Assembly: GCA_964593005.1 (NCBI GenBank)
Contig: CAZQGT010000001.1
Coordinates: forward strand, 1 to 51,901
DNA length: 51,901 nt
Reading direction: 5' to 3'
From: an uncultured Planctomycetales bacterium
Lineage (GTDB): Bacteria > Omnitrophota > Gorgyraeia > Gygaellales > Profunditerraquicolaceae
The position numbers and the translations under genes were made by a program. Position 1 is the first letter of the stretch. Each line of letters opens with the position of its first letter. Below the pieces are notes generated by a model. The model was not told the origin of the DNA. It saw only the letters and a list, made by a program, of their open reading frames with translations, and searched no databases. Positions 18,414 to 27,425 of this stretch are shown in pieces.

Positions 18414-19586
18414 ATGAAACTTTCTATTCCAACCAATTGGCAGCAGGATTTGATTCCTAGATTAGAAAAAGAGAATATTGATGAGTTGTATGGAAAACTT
18501 GCCTGTGATTTTGTAGGTGGAGGCAGGGCTTCTTTCCTGATACCGCATGTTTCTAGAAAACAAGCCGCTCTCCATGTTAAAGAGGCCCATCAAAACGGTT
18601 TGAAGTTTAGTTATCTTTTAAACACTACCTGTTTAGGTAATTTAGAGTGGACTGCTTCGGGACAAAAAAAGATACGCCAGCTTTTTGATTGGTTAGTATC
18701 TATTAAAGTAGACCAGGTTACCGTAGCTATCCCCTATCTTTTGGAATTAGCAAAGAAGTGTTATCCTCAACTGAAAGTGGCAATATCAACACAGGCGGGT
18801 ATAGATACGGTTGAGAGGGCACGATTTTGGAATGATTTAGGGGCGGATAAGCTTACCTTAAGCGTGGTTGATGTTAACCGTAACTTCGGACTGTTAAAGA
18901 GAATAAGGAAAAATGTGAAATGCGAGCTTCAGCTGATCGCCAACCTTCTTTGCCTGTACAGGTGCCCTTTTTATAAGTATCATTCGGTTTTAAATGCCCA
19001 CGCATCTCAGTCAGGTTATCGGCTGAAAGGTTTTGTTATTGATTATTGTTCTTTAAAATGTACGTCCTATCGGCTCAGCCATCCCGTAGAGTTTATTCGC
19101 TCTCTCTGGATCAGGCCGGAAGATACCCATTATTATGAAGATGTGGGTATAGATAGCATAAAGCTGGTGGATAGAGGTATGAATAGTGAGGCAATTTCCT
19201 TAATCACTAATGCTTATTCTAAAAGGAGATATGATGGCAACCTTTTAGACTTGATGCCTCATGCAACCAAGAATATTATGTTTCAGGATTCGGGTTTACT
19301 GCATAAACTAAGGTATTTTCTCAGGCCGTTTTTGGTAAACATCTTTAAGCTTCAAAAAGGCAGGGGCCTTTTTTCCGGAACCCGTATTTATATTGATAAT
19401 AATAAATTAGACGGTTTTATTAATCATTTTTTGAGTAATGACTGTTCTTTACGTTCCTGCCAGGAATGCACATATTGCCAAAATGTATCTAATGAAGTTC
19501 TTAAAATTTATCCTGATGATCAGCTTAAGCGTATGGATAAATACATATCCGAGCTTGTTTCAGGGGATATGTTTAAATACTTTTAA
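18414..19586 (+). CDS. Peptidase-U32-family protein (family that includes the O2-independent hydroxylases UbiU/UbiV, RlhA, TrhP)
   Basis: The layout matches the U32 TIM-barrel pattern: GGGRASF..., GLKFSYLLNT, VDQVTVAIPYLLELAKKCYPQLKVAISTQAGIDTVERARFWNDLGADKLTLSVVDVN, followed by a Cys cluster (CLYRCPFYKYH). Confidence 0.65.
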   Translation: MKLSIPTNWQQDLIPRLEKENIDELYGKLACDFVGGGRASFLIPHVSRKQAALHVKEAHQNGLKFSYLLNTTCLGNLEWTASGQKKIRQLFDWLVSIKVDQVTVAIPYLLELAKKCYPQLKVAISTQAGIDTVERARFWNDLGADKLTLSVVDVNRNFGLLKRIRKNVKCELQLIANLLCLYRCPFYKYHSVLNAHASQSGYRLKGFVIDYCSLKCTSYRLSHPVEFIRSLWIRPEDTHYYEDVGIDSIKLVDRGMNSEAISLITNAYSKRRYDGNLLDLMPHATKNIMFQDSGLLHKLRYFLRPFLVNIFKLQKGRGLFSGTRIYIDNNKLDGFINHFLSNDCSLRSCQECTYCQNVSNEVLKIYPDDQLKRMDKYISELVSGDMFKYF

Positions 19587-19607
19587 CCCTCATATTTAAA
19601 CGGGACT

Positions 19608-21125
19608 ATGGCGAAAGTTTATTTAATATATTTTGATATTAACACTAATATGCCGCCAGGGCTGAACCATGGTTTAGCTTCTTTAGCCGCGGTTTTACGC
19701 AAAAATGGCCACAGCATTGGATTTTACCATTTAATCAGAGAGGATAATCCTGAAACCGTGGTTGATAAAGTCTTAAAATTTAGCCCGGATATAGTCGGGT
19801 TTTCGTTTGCGACTAACCAGAGGAAACACCTTGATATATATTCTAAGGCTATCTCACGCAGAAGCAAAGTGCTCCAGGTGGCAGGGGGGATTCACCCTAC
19901 TCTGGATCCTGTTGATGTATTCAAGGTGGATTCAATCCAGGGGGTTTGTATTGGAGAAGGAGAGTATACTTTTCCTGCTCTGCTGGAAAAAATAGATTCG
20001 CAGGAACCTGTTTCGGGTATTCCGGGGTTCTACTGGCGAATTGACGGCGGGCTGATAAGACAAAACCCTATTCCCCCGATTGAGCCGGATCTTTCAAGAT
20101 TGCCTTTTCCCGACTATTCTATTTTTGAAACCGGGAAAATAAATAAATATAATTCAGGCTGGATGCCTATGATGATAAGCAGGGGTTGTCCGCATAATTG
20201 CTCTTATTGCTGTAATCATGCCATACGTTCCGTTTATCCTAATCCCAAAGATCACCTGAGATTTTTACCGGTTGAATACGCGATTAAAATGATCAAAAAT
20301 AACTTATCCAAATATTCAGGTATTCAAGGCATTGAATTCTGGGATGATAATTTGACTTTAGATAAAAGATGGTTTGAAGAATTCTCCAGGTTATATGAAC
20401 GTGAAGTTAAACTGCCTTTTATATGTTATTCCCGGGCCGAATATATAACGGAAGATATATGTTTAACATTAAAAAAATCAGGGTGCGTCCTTGTAAAAAT
20501 GGGGGTAGAGAGCGGGAACGAAGAGTTCAGAAGAAATATCCTGAATCGCAGCGTAAGCAACAACCAGATTATTAAGGCGTTTAAGTTATTGAAAGATTTT
20601 GATATTCAGAGGCTTTCTTTTTCTGTTTTAGGTTTTCCTTTTGAAACCAAAGAACTAATGGAAGAAACGTTATTACTGAATAAACGCTTAAAACCAGATA
20701 TAGGAATTGTATTTTATTTCTTCCCATTTCCTAAAACAGAGCTGCATTCTGTTTGCAGGAGATCGAACTTATTAATAGAATCCAGCAAAAGATTGACTAA
20801 TTTTCTTGAACAGCCTGCAATCAAACCCTTATATTATAAACAAAAAGAATGTATAAAGGTAAACTATAGAATCAGGACTTATTTTTTATCCCGGATCATA
20901 ACAAGAAACCTCCCATTTTGCTCTGAGTTTATCTCGGAAGCGCTGTATTTCTTATTGAATATCTATCCGTTATCATTTTTCTTCCGCCTTCTTATGAATA
21001 GCGCGATATCCAGGAGAGTTGGGCTTAAGAGTTATTACAGCCAGTCAATGGTGGTTAACAGGAAACGCAATATTAAACAATTATTACAAGAAGATGTTTT
21101 AGAAAAAGAACCGGTTAAGCTTTAA
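19608..21125 (+). CDS. B12-binding-domain radical SAM protein 3
   Basis: KVYLIYFD, PDIVGFSF, LQVAGGIHPT and CIGEGEYTFPAL, then SRGCPHNCSYC. Confidence 0.88.
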   Translation: MAKVYLIYFDINTNMPPGLNHGLASLAAVLRKNGHSIGFYHLIREDNPETVVDKVLKFSPDIVGFSFATNQRKHLDIYSKAISRRSKVLQVAGGIHPTLDPVDVFKVDSIQGVCIGEGEYTFPALLEKIDSQEPVSGIPGFYWRIDGGLIRQNPIPPIEPDLSRLPFPDYSIFETGKINKYNSGWMPMMISRGCPHNCSYCCNHAIRSVYPNPKDHLRFLPVEYAIKMIKNNLSKYSGIQGIEFWDDNLTLDKRWFEEFSRLYEREVKLPFICYSRAEYITEDICLTLKKSGCVLVKMGVESGNEEFRRNILNRSVSNNQIIKAFKLLKDFDIQRLSFSVLGFPFETKELMEETLLLNKRLKPDIGIVFYFFPFPKTELHSVCRRSNLLIESSKRLTNFLEQPAIKPLYYKQKECIKVNYRIRTYFLSRIITRNLPFCSEFISEALYFLLNIYPLSFFFRLLMNSAISRRVGLKSYYSQSMVVNRKRNIKQLLQEDVLEKEPVKL

Positions 21126-21200
21126 TGACGTAAAATAAAAGAGCTCAAGACGAATTTGAGTATTCTCCCATCTCTAAAATTGTTATTATAACTATTTTAG

Positions 21201-21428
21201 GCATTTTATATTTTTAGCTGGCTTGTTTCCAACCCGGTGCGGGCAGGCAGCATAGACGGCTTAGTTTATTATAAGTATGCGGGTATAGACGGTATAAAGC
21301 TGTTAGGCAGGGGCATGACAAGAGAAGGATTTCTTTAATTACTAACGCCTATTCTAATAGGCAATATGAGGGCAATCTTCCGGACTCAATACCACATGTG
21401 AGCAAGAACATTATGTTTCAGGAAGATA
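21201..21428 (+). pseudogene. Chimeric gene remnant: an N-terminal fragment of a GT-C paralogue fused in frame to an internal fragment of a U32 paralogue
   Basis: 21201-21266 (AFYIFSWLVSNPVRAGSIDGLVYY) resembles 27481-27555 of the GT-C gene (FLYFSWFVSSPVRAAKIDSFILYN). 21267-21423 aligns at DNA level with 19131-19288 of the U32 gene, with a 1-nt deletion near 21330. The shifted frame still reads ISLITNAYSNRQYEGNLPDSIPHVSKNIMFQE versus ISLITNAYSKRRYDGNLLDLMPHATKNIMFQD. There is no start codon, and a stop lies at 21336. Confidence 0.8.
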
Positions 21429-21447
21429 TGTTAAATATTATCAAAAT

Positions 21448-23208
21448 ATGAAGTTAGCGAGAACTTATTTTCCTAAGATTAATTGGTTTATTTTTGCGTT
21501 GATTGTTTACTTTTGCCTGTCCGTATATTCATCTCCCCGAATAGGCCTAGGAAGCGGTGAGTTTAATATGGACATCTCTTCGCCGTTCTACCCTTTGGTA
21601 GTTACTGATATTGTTAAGGATGGCGATGTGCTTGTAGATGAATATGCCGTACCAGTACCTGGATTTTTCTCCGGTGCGCGTATTAACCGGATAGGGCCGC
21701 TAGAGATGATTCGGACAGTAGTTGAACCGGAGTATTTATTACGTATTTCAAAAGCGGTATTTCCCGTTATGAAAAACAAATACACCGGGGCCCTGGCACA
21801 TTATTATGTAAATTTTTTCAATCTTTTCGGTAACAATAAAGTATTCCTGGTTCATTTTGCCAGCATTTTTTTAGGGGCGGTAATTATTATTTTAACTGCC
21901 TATCTTTCCTATCTCTTCCTGGGAAGAAAAGTCGCTATTACTTGCGCCTTATTATTATCTACAAATCCACTATTCATTATTTTTAAGCGGCTTCCGGCAT
22001 TCCCAGAGCATTTTACAGAATTATTTTCCATCGGCATTCTAACTATCTTGCTGCTTTTCTTAAAAACGCAGAGAAATAGATACTTTTACTTTTTATCATT
22101 TTTAGTCGGCTTAGCTATATATCAAAAAGTGACTATTTTCTGGACGTTATCGGCTATTTTTGTTATAGCCTTTGTTTTTCGTCTTGGAATAAAGTTGCGC
22201 TTAAAACAATTGATACTTGGTTTTATCTTTTTTCTGATCGGTATTTTCCCACTGATTTTATATAATTTCCTAGATTCAGGGACAATAAGCTTTTCAACCA
22301 GTTTTTTCCTGGGGGATGATTTTCTGAAAGGGCTAACGCTAAGGATATCCGATTGGTTTGGCAGGTTTATTTATATTTTTGGAGACCCAATAGGTTTTTT
22401 CCGCTACTTGTTTTATGGGGTAAGGGCGCCGGCAGTTAATTATTTTTTCTATGTTTTACTGTTTGCTTCTTTTTTGTTCCCCGTTTTTACCCTGTTGAAG
22501 AAAAAACCATGGATTGAGCAAAAAAAAGTGGCATTCTTCCCGCTGCTGTTGGTATTAATGCTCTTTTCCATGAGCATTATTAATCGGAGCGGGTTTGATT
22601 TTACGCACACCTTTTTATTAGTTCCTGTTGTTGCAATAGTTGAATCTACATTTTTGGTCCATCTTCTAGAAATATTAGAAAAAATAATTATAAAATATAT
22701 TAAACTCCCTTTTAAACGGTATCTCTACTTTATTTTAATAATCCTGGTGCTTCTGTTTCAAACAAGTCAGGTGTGTGAATATTATTTCGAAGAAAGTAAA
22801 GATAGCAGTCCTGTGATGATTATGGTTGATGCGCATAAGGAGCTTGTCAAATATCTGCTCAATGAGAAGATCACTCATCCTGTTACTACAAATTTCAATC
22901 TTATGGGTATCGTAGAATTTTTAAGTCAAGAAAAGGTTATGCCGATTTACTATTGGATAGTGTGGAAAGACGCAGAAGTTAAAGACAATGCCCTTGGGCG
23001 AATAATTTTAAAAAATTTAAATGGTTATTATATTTTAAAGGTTGGATTTAAAGTTGATATATTTAACGTCTTCCCGGAACCAAGCGTTGCTAATTTCCTG
23101 GAGGTTGCAGAGAAAAACAATGTTAAGCCTGTCCTTTTAAGGAATATTCATTCAAGAAATGGTACGCTTATGTTTTCTATATATAAACTAGGTGCTGTTA
23201 ATATCTAA
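21448..23208 (+). CDS. Polytopic membrane protein, ArnT/PMT-like GT-C glycosyltransferase candidate
   Basis: 586 aa with many hydrophobic helices. The N-terminal third shows the GT39/GT83-like pattern (FLGAVIIILTAYLSYLFLGRKVAITCALLLSTNPLFIIF). It has a soluble C-terminal domain. Confidence 0.5.
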   Translation: MKLARTYFPKINWFIFALIVYFCLSVYSSPRIGLGSGEFNMDISSPFYPLVVTDIVKDGDVLVDEYAVPVPGFFSGARINRIGPLEMIRTVVEPEYLLRISKAVFPVMKNKYTGALAHYYVNFFNLFGNNKVFLVHFASIFLGAVIIILTAYLSYLFLGRKVAITCALLLSTNPLFIIFKRLPAFPEHFTELFSIGILTILLLFLKTQRNRYFYFLSFLVGLAIYQKVTIFWTLSAIFVIAFVFRLGIKLRLKQLILGFIFFLIGIFPLILYNFLDSGTISFSTSFFLGDDFLKGLTLRISDWFGRFIYIFGDPIGFFRYLFYGVRAPAVNYFFYVLLFASFLFPVFTLLKKKPWIEQKKVAFFPLLLVLMLFSMSIINRSGFDFTHTFLLVPVVAIVESTFLVHLLEILEKIIIKYIKLPFKRYLYFILIILVLLFQTSQVCEYYFEESKDSSPVMIMVDAHKELVKYLLNEKITHPVTTNFNLMGIVEFLSQEKVMPIYYWIVWKDAEVKDNALGRIILKNLNGYYILKVGFKVDIFNVFPEPSVANFLEVAEKNNVKPVLLRNIHSRNGTLMFSIYKLGAVNI

Positions 23209-23235
23209 ATATTAATTTGTAAAAAGGTGCGAGTA

Positions 23236-24636
23236 ATGAAAGTATTGCTAGTAAGGCCTGATAGGTCGGGTATGCATTTAGATACGAGGGATCATTTGAA
23301 ACGCTTTGGCGATTTACATCAACCATTGGGGCTTCTTTATTTAGCGGCGATGTTAGCTGAAGAAAAAATAACGGTGAATATTTGTGATGAAATTGTCGGA
23401 GATAATTTTAGCGAAATGGTCAATATTTTTAATCCTGATATCGTAGGGATTACAGTTACTTCGCCGTTAATGTCAAGGGTCGTTGAGCTCACGGCAATTG
23501 CGAAGAAAAATGGGATTAGGGTGATAATTGGGGGTCCCCATGTATCAGCATTGCCGAGGGAAAGTCTTAAAGAAAGCGGCGCAGATGCTGCTGTGATAGG
23601 GGAAGGGGAGCATACAATTGTTGAATTGTGCAATAAGAATGATTGGTCTGGCATTAAAGGAATTGCCTACCGGAAAAACGGAGAGCTGATCCTTAATCTA
23701 TTACGTGAACCTATAGAGAATCTTGATATGTTGCCTTTTCCTGCGCGGCACATTCTTGATTTTAGTAAATATCATAGTGATGTTGAATTTGGGCTTCCGC
23801 TTAAAAAGAACGAAAAGCTAATGCGTATACTCTCTAGCCGTGGTTGTCCTCACCAATGCACATATTGTGCCTCTCATTGTGTATTTGGGCGCAAACTAAG
23901 ATTAAGAAGCGCAAGAAATATATTAGTTGAGGTAGAAGAAGCAAGGCAAAGATGGGGCGTTAATGTTTTTATGTTCGCCGATGACGCATTCACGTCCAAC
24001 TCTTCACGGCTGCGTGAAATCTCCCAATTAATCATAGATAAAAGATTGGATATACGATGGGGTTGTTTTTCAAGGGTCGGTTTAACTCCGGAAATAATGC
24101 AATTAATGAAAAAATCCGGCTGTAGGATAATTGGGTTTGGAGTAGAGACAGGAAGTCCGGATATATTGAAGGCTATTAAAAAAAATATAAAAATTAAGGA
24201 AGTCATTGATACTTTTAAGAATGCGAAAAAGCTAGACATTAAAACAAAGGCTTTTTTTATTGTTGGTTTGCCCGGAGAGGGAGAAAAAGAATTCAAAGAA
24301 AGCATGGAATTGGCTTGCAAGGTCAATCCGACCTACTTGTGGGCTTCTATTTTTGTTCCGCTCCCAGGCAGTAGCATATATAAAGAAATGGATGAATCTG
24401 AAAAAATTCATATAGATTGGGGCAAAAGTTCGTTTTTTTACACCAAAGACAGAGTTTTGATGAATAGGCATAGAAGATTGATAAGGCGGTTTTACCTTCG
24501 CCCGATTTATATATTAAATATGTTGAGATATTTCTCTCCTGAAGATTTGATATATTTCTTAAGAATGCTAAAAACTTATTTTATTATCCGTTTACAAGAG
24601 AACAGATTCATGAGAAAACTTAATCATAACCTATGA
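23236..24636 (+). CDS. B12-binding-domain radical SAM protein 4
   Basis: KVLLVRPD, PDIVGITV, VIIGGPHVSA and VIGEGEHTIVEL, then SRGCPHQCTYC. I prefer the ATG at 23236 (AAGGTG 6 nt upstream) to the GTG at 23227. Confidence 0.88.
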   Translation: MKVLLVRPDRSGMHLDTRDHLKRFGDLHQPLGLLYLAAMLAEEKITVNICDEIVGDNFSEMVNIFNPDIVGITVTSPLMSRVVELTAIAKKNGIRVIIGGPHVSALPRESLKESGADAAVIGEGEHTIVELCNKNDWSGIKGIAYRKNGELILNLLREPIENLDMLPFPARHILDFSKYHSDVEFGLPLKKNEKLMRILSSRGCPHQCTYCASHCVFGRKLRLRSARNILVEVEEARQRWGVNVFMFADDAFTSNSSRLREISQLIIDKRLDIRWGCFSRVGLTPEIMQLMKKSGCRIIGFGVETGSPDILKAIKKNIKIKEVIDTFKNAKKLDIKTKAFFIVGLPGEGEKEFKESMELACKVNPTYLWASIFVPLPGSSIYKEMDESEKIHIDWGKSSFFYTKDRVLMNRHRRLIRRFYLRPIYILNMLRYFSPEDLIYFLRMLKTYFIIRLQENRFMRKLNHNL

Positions 24637-26027
24637 AGATTTGCCTAGTGTATCCGAGAACATTCCTCCAGAATAATAGTTTTTTAATTCCTCTGGGCAT
24701 TGTTTTGCTTGCTACTATCATAAAGAAACAAGGATATGACGTGATTGTCCTGGATTCGTCTTTTGATAATGATTTAAAAGAAACAAAGCATAAGATAAAA
24801 GAGTGTAGGCCTGACGTGGTTGGTGTTTCGGCTAGCTCTGATTTATACTCTAACGCAAAAGAGATAGTTAATTTCTCAAAAACGATTGGTGCTATAACAG
24901 TGGCGGGGGGGCCATACCCTACGCTTGTCCCGGAGGAGGTAATATTAGATTGCAATTCCCTTGATTTTGTAGTGAGCCAGGAAGCGGAGTTTACTTTTCT
25001 AGAGCTACTTAATGCATTGAAATTGGGAGGAAGCTTGGATGTAGTTAACGGGATTACCTATAGAAAAGAAGGCAAGGTTAAGACTAATAGCGTAAGAGAG
25101 CCTATATCCAATTTGGATGAATTACCTTTTGCAGACAGGGAAGTTTTGCCTACCCACAATCAATATATAGCTAGCGGAGTTATAGGGTTAATGACGAGCA
25201 GGGGGTGCCCGTATAATTGCGGGTTTTGCCAGCCAGCATTAAACAAAATTACTGCTAAGTTTAGAAGAAGAAGCCCGGAAAATGTTGCTGAAGAGATCAC
25301 CATGCTTTATAAGAAATATAAGAAGAATGAATTTCATATTGATGATGAAACTTTTGCTTTGGATAAGGATTGGATAAAGGGGTTGGTAGAAGAACTCAGA
25401 TGTAGAAAATTAAAAGGAGTGCTTCGATTCTATGTCCTTAGCCGCGTAGATTCTTTTGATAAGGAAGCCGCAGATCTATTTAAACAGTTGGGTGTTAAGG
25501 CTGTTGGTTTTGGTGTTGAAACAGGATCTCAGGAGATTTTAGATGCCCTGCATAAGGATATTACCATTGGACAAATTAAGAACGCTTTCAAATTAGCCAA
25601 CGTTTTCAAAATTAAAACGCACGCCTTTTTAATGCTGGGAACGCGTTATGAAACCGTGGGGACATTACAAGCTACCGCAGAGCTTGTTCACGAAATACAG
25701 CCGGACAGCATTGGCATAGCTTTATTTACTCCTCAAGTTGGAACATTTCTTTATTCAGAATTAGGCAGCAAAGAATTAATTAATAATATGCCATTTGAAT
25801 ATTTTGATTTTTATCAATACTCTGGAAATGATCTGCCGTGTAAGTCAGAAACATTGACTTATAAGCAGGTAATTAATTTCCGGAATAAGTTGCTAAAGGA
25901 AAGAAGATTGCGTTTTATTATCAATAATACAAGAGAGGTAGTATTTGATTTCTGGAATAATCGTTCGATTGAGCAAATTATTATGCGAGCAAAATACTTT
26001 ATGAAAAAAAGGCATTATTATGGGTAA
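24633..26027 (+). CDS. B12-binding-domain radical SAM protein 5
   Basis: KICLVYPR, PDVVGVSA, ITVAGGPYPT and VSQEAEFTFLEL, then SRGCPYNCGFC. ATGA overlap with the previous gene. Confidence 0.88.
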   Translation: MKICLVYPRTFLQNNSFLIPLGIVLLATIIKKQGYDVIVLDSSFDNDLKETKHKIKECRPDVVGVSASSDLYSNAKEIVNFSKTIGAITVAGGPYPTLVPEEVILDCNSLDFVVSQEAEFTFLELLNALKLGGSLDVVNGITYRKEGKVKTNSVREPISNLDELPFADREVLPTHNQYIASGVIGLMTSRGCPYNCGFCQPALNKITAKFRRRSPENVAEEITMLYKKYKKNEFHIDDETFALDKDWIKGLVEELRCRKLKGVLRFYVLSRVDSFDKEAADLFKQLGVKAVGFGVETGSQEILDALHKDITIGQIKNAFKLANVFKIKTHAFLMLGTRYETVGTLQATAELVHEIQPDSIGIALFTPQVGTFLYSELGSKELINNMPFEYFDFYQYSGNDLPCKSETLTYKQVINFRNKLLKERRLRFIINNTREVVFDFWNNRSIEQIIMRAKYFMKKRHYYG

Positions 26028-26072
26028 GTCCTGAACCCGTGCTGGTTGCTATCAAATATATAGGGTAAACTT

Positions 26073-26639
26073 ATGTCGCTTCTCAATGTTCTTTTTAGGA
26101 GAGAAAGAATTAAACAAGCCTCGCGTTATATCTTAGATGATTCTGTTGTATGCGACATTGGTTGTGGAATAAATGCAGAGTTTCTATTATCCGTAGAGCA
26201 TAGGATTAGAAAAGGTATAGGCATTGATTTTCGAATTAAGAATACCAAGTTTAGAAATATTGAATTGTTAAAGTTTGATTTGGAGAAACCTTCCAAACTA
26301 GAATTTAATGATAACCAATTTGATCATGTTGTGTTATTAGCGATATTAGAGCATCTTAGGCGCCCTGAAATGATAGTAAAAGAAGCGTATCGAATTTTGG
26401 CACCCGGGGGGTCTTTAATAGTTACTTCTCCCGTTCCTCTAAGTAAAAATATCCTAAGATTATTGTTATTAACGCCGTTTTTTGATGACGAGGAAGAGGC
26501 TTCAAAACATAAGGGTTACTTTTCAGGGAAAGCGCTCAAAGAGATATTCTTGGATGCAGGTTTTGTTAATATAACATTCAAGAAATTCGAATTTGGTTTT
26601 AATAGTATAGTTGCAGGATATAAGCAAAGTAAAGTGTAA
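26073..26639 (+). CDS. Class I SAM-dependent methyltransferase
   Basis: Motif I VCDIGCGINAE; FDHVVLLAILEHL; LAPGGSLIVTSP. Confidence 0.8.
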   Translation: MSLLNVLFRRERIKQASRYILDDSVVCDIGCGINAEFLLSVEHRIRKGIGIDFRIKNTKFRNIELLKFDLEKPSKLEFNDNQFDHVVLLAILEHLRRPEMIVKEAYRILAPGGSLIVTSPVPLSKNILRLLLLTPFFDDEEEASKHKGYFSGKALKEIFLDAGFVNITFKKFEFGFNSIVAGYKQSKV

Positions 26640-26674
26640 TTTTATTGGTTGTTTAATTAAATCTACTTTATGTA

Positions 26675-27385
26675 ATGTCTAAACCCAGTGTTTCAATAGT
26701 AATACCGGTTTTTAATGAAGAGTCATCGCTTCTTAGCGTTATAAAAGAAGTAAATGACGTAATGCGTCTTTCAAGGTATGTTTATAAGGTTATAGTAGTA
26801 AACGATGGTTCTACTGATGGCAGTTCCGTGGCTCTCGATCAATTAAATAATGAAGGAGTAATTATTCTTGTTTTGAATTTACATCGGGAGGGATACGGGA
26901 AATCATTAAAGGTAGGTTTTAGCCTTGCCGATACAGATCTTATTGTATTTATTGATGCGGATAAAACATATCTGCCTGCAGAAATCATCGGGTTAATCGA
27001 ATCTTTAGCTAAGCAGGAAAACGCTTTAGCCTGTTTTGGTTCACGGTTTAGTAATAAAACCAAAAGTAAAATCGGATTAATACGTTACTTAGGAAATGTA
27101 TTTCTTGCCAGATTAGCAACATTATTATTCAACCGATATATAACTGATGCCTGTAGCGGGTTGCGTGTATTCAAACGTGAATTATTGGGTTTAATTGATT
27201 ATCAATCCCTATCTGATGATCTGGATTTTTCTCCACAGTTCACGGCAAGATGTTTAAAAAGAAAGATTAATTTTATTGAGGTCCCCATAAGTTATAATAA
27301 GCGGCAGGGCAAATCAAAAATCAACTTATTAAAACACGGGTATAAATTTACAATAAGTATTCTAAAAGAGCGTTTCATAAAATAA
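26675..27385 (+). CDS. GT2 glycosyltransferase, polyprenyl-phosphate sugar synthase-like (DPM1/ArnC/GtrB type)
   Basis: 236 aa. VSIVIPVFNEE, VIVVNDGSTDGS and FIDADKTY. The small soluble-type size is typical of polyprenyl-P-hexose synthases. Confidence 0.75.
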   Translation: MSKPSVSIVIPVFNEESSLLSVIKEVNDVMRLSRYVYKVIVVNDGSTDGSSVALDQLNNEGVIILVLNLHREGYGKSLKVGFSLADTDLIVFIDADKTYLPAEIIGLIESLAKQENALACFGSRFSNKTKSKIGLIRYLGNVFLARLATLLFNRYITDACSGLRVFKRELLGLIDYQSLSDDLDFSPQFTARCLKRKINFIEVPISYNKRQGKSKINLLKHGYKFTISILKERFIK

Positions 27386-27425
27386 AATTCCGGGTAAAGT
27401 TAGCTTGTAAGCCAATATTCTAAAT

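Noticed and set aside
23337-24955. Minus-strand ORFs of 79-150 aa inside the rSAM genes (23337-23654, 23874-24326, 24232-24471, 24620-24955)
   Set aside because: They lie antisense to ORFs with clear B12-domain and rSAM motifs. They have Ser/Ile/Phe-rich shadow composition and no RBS.
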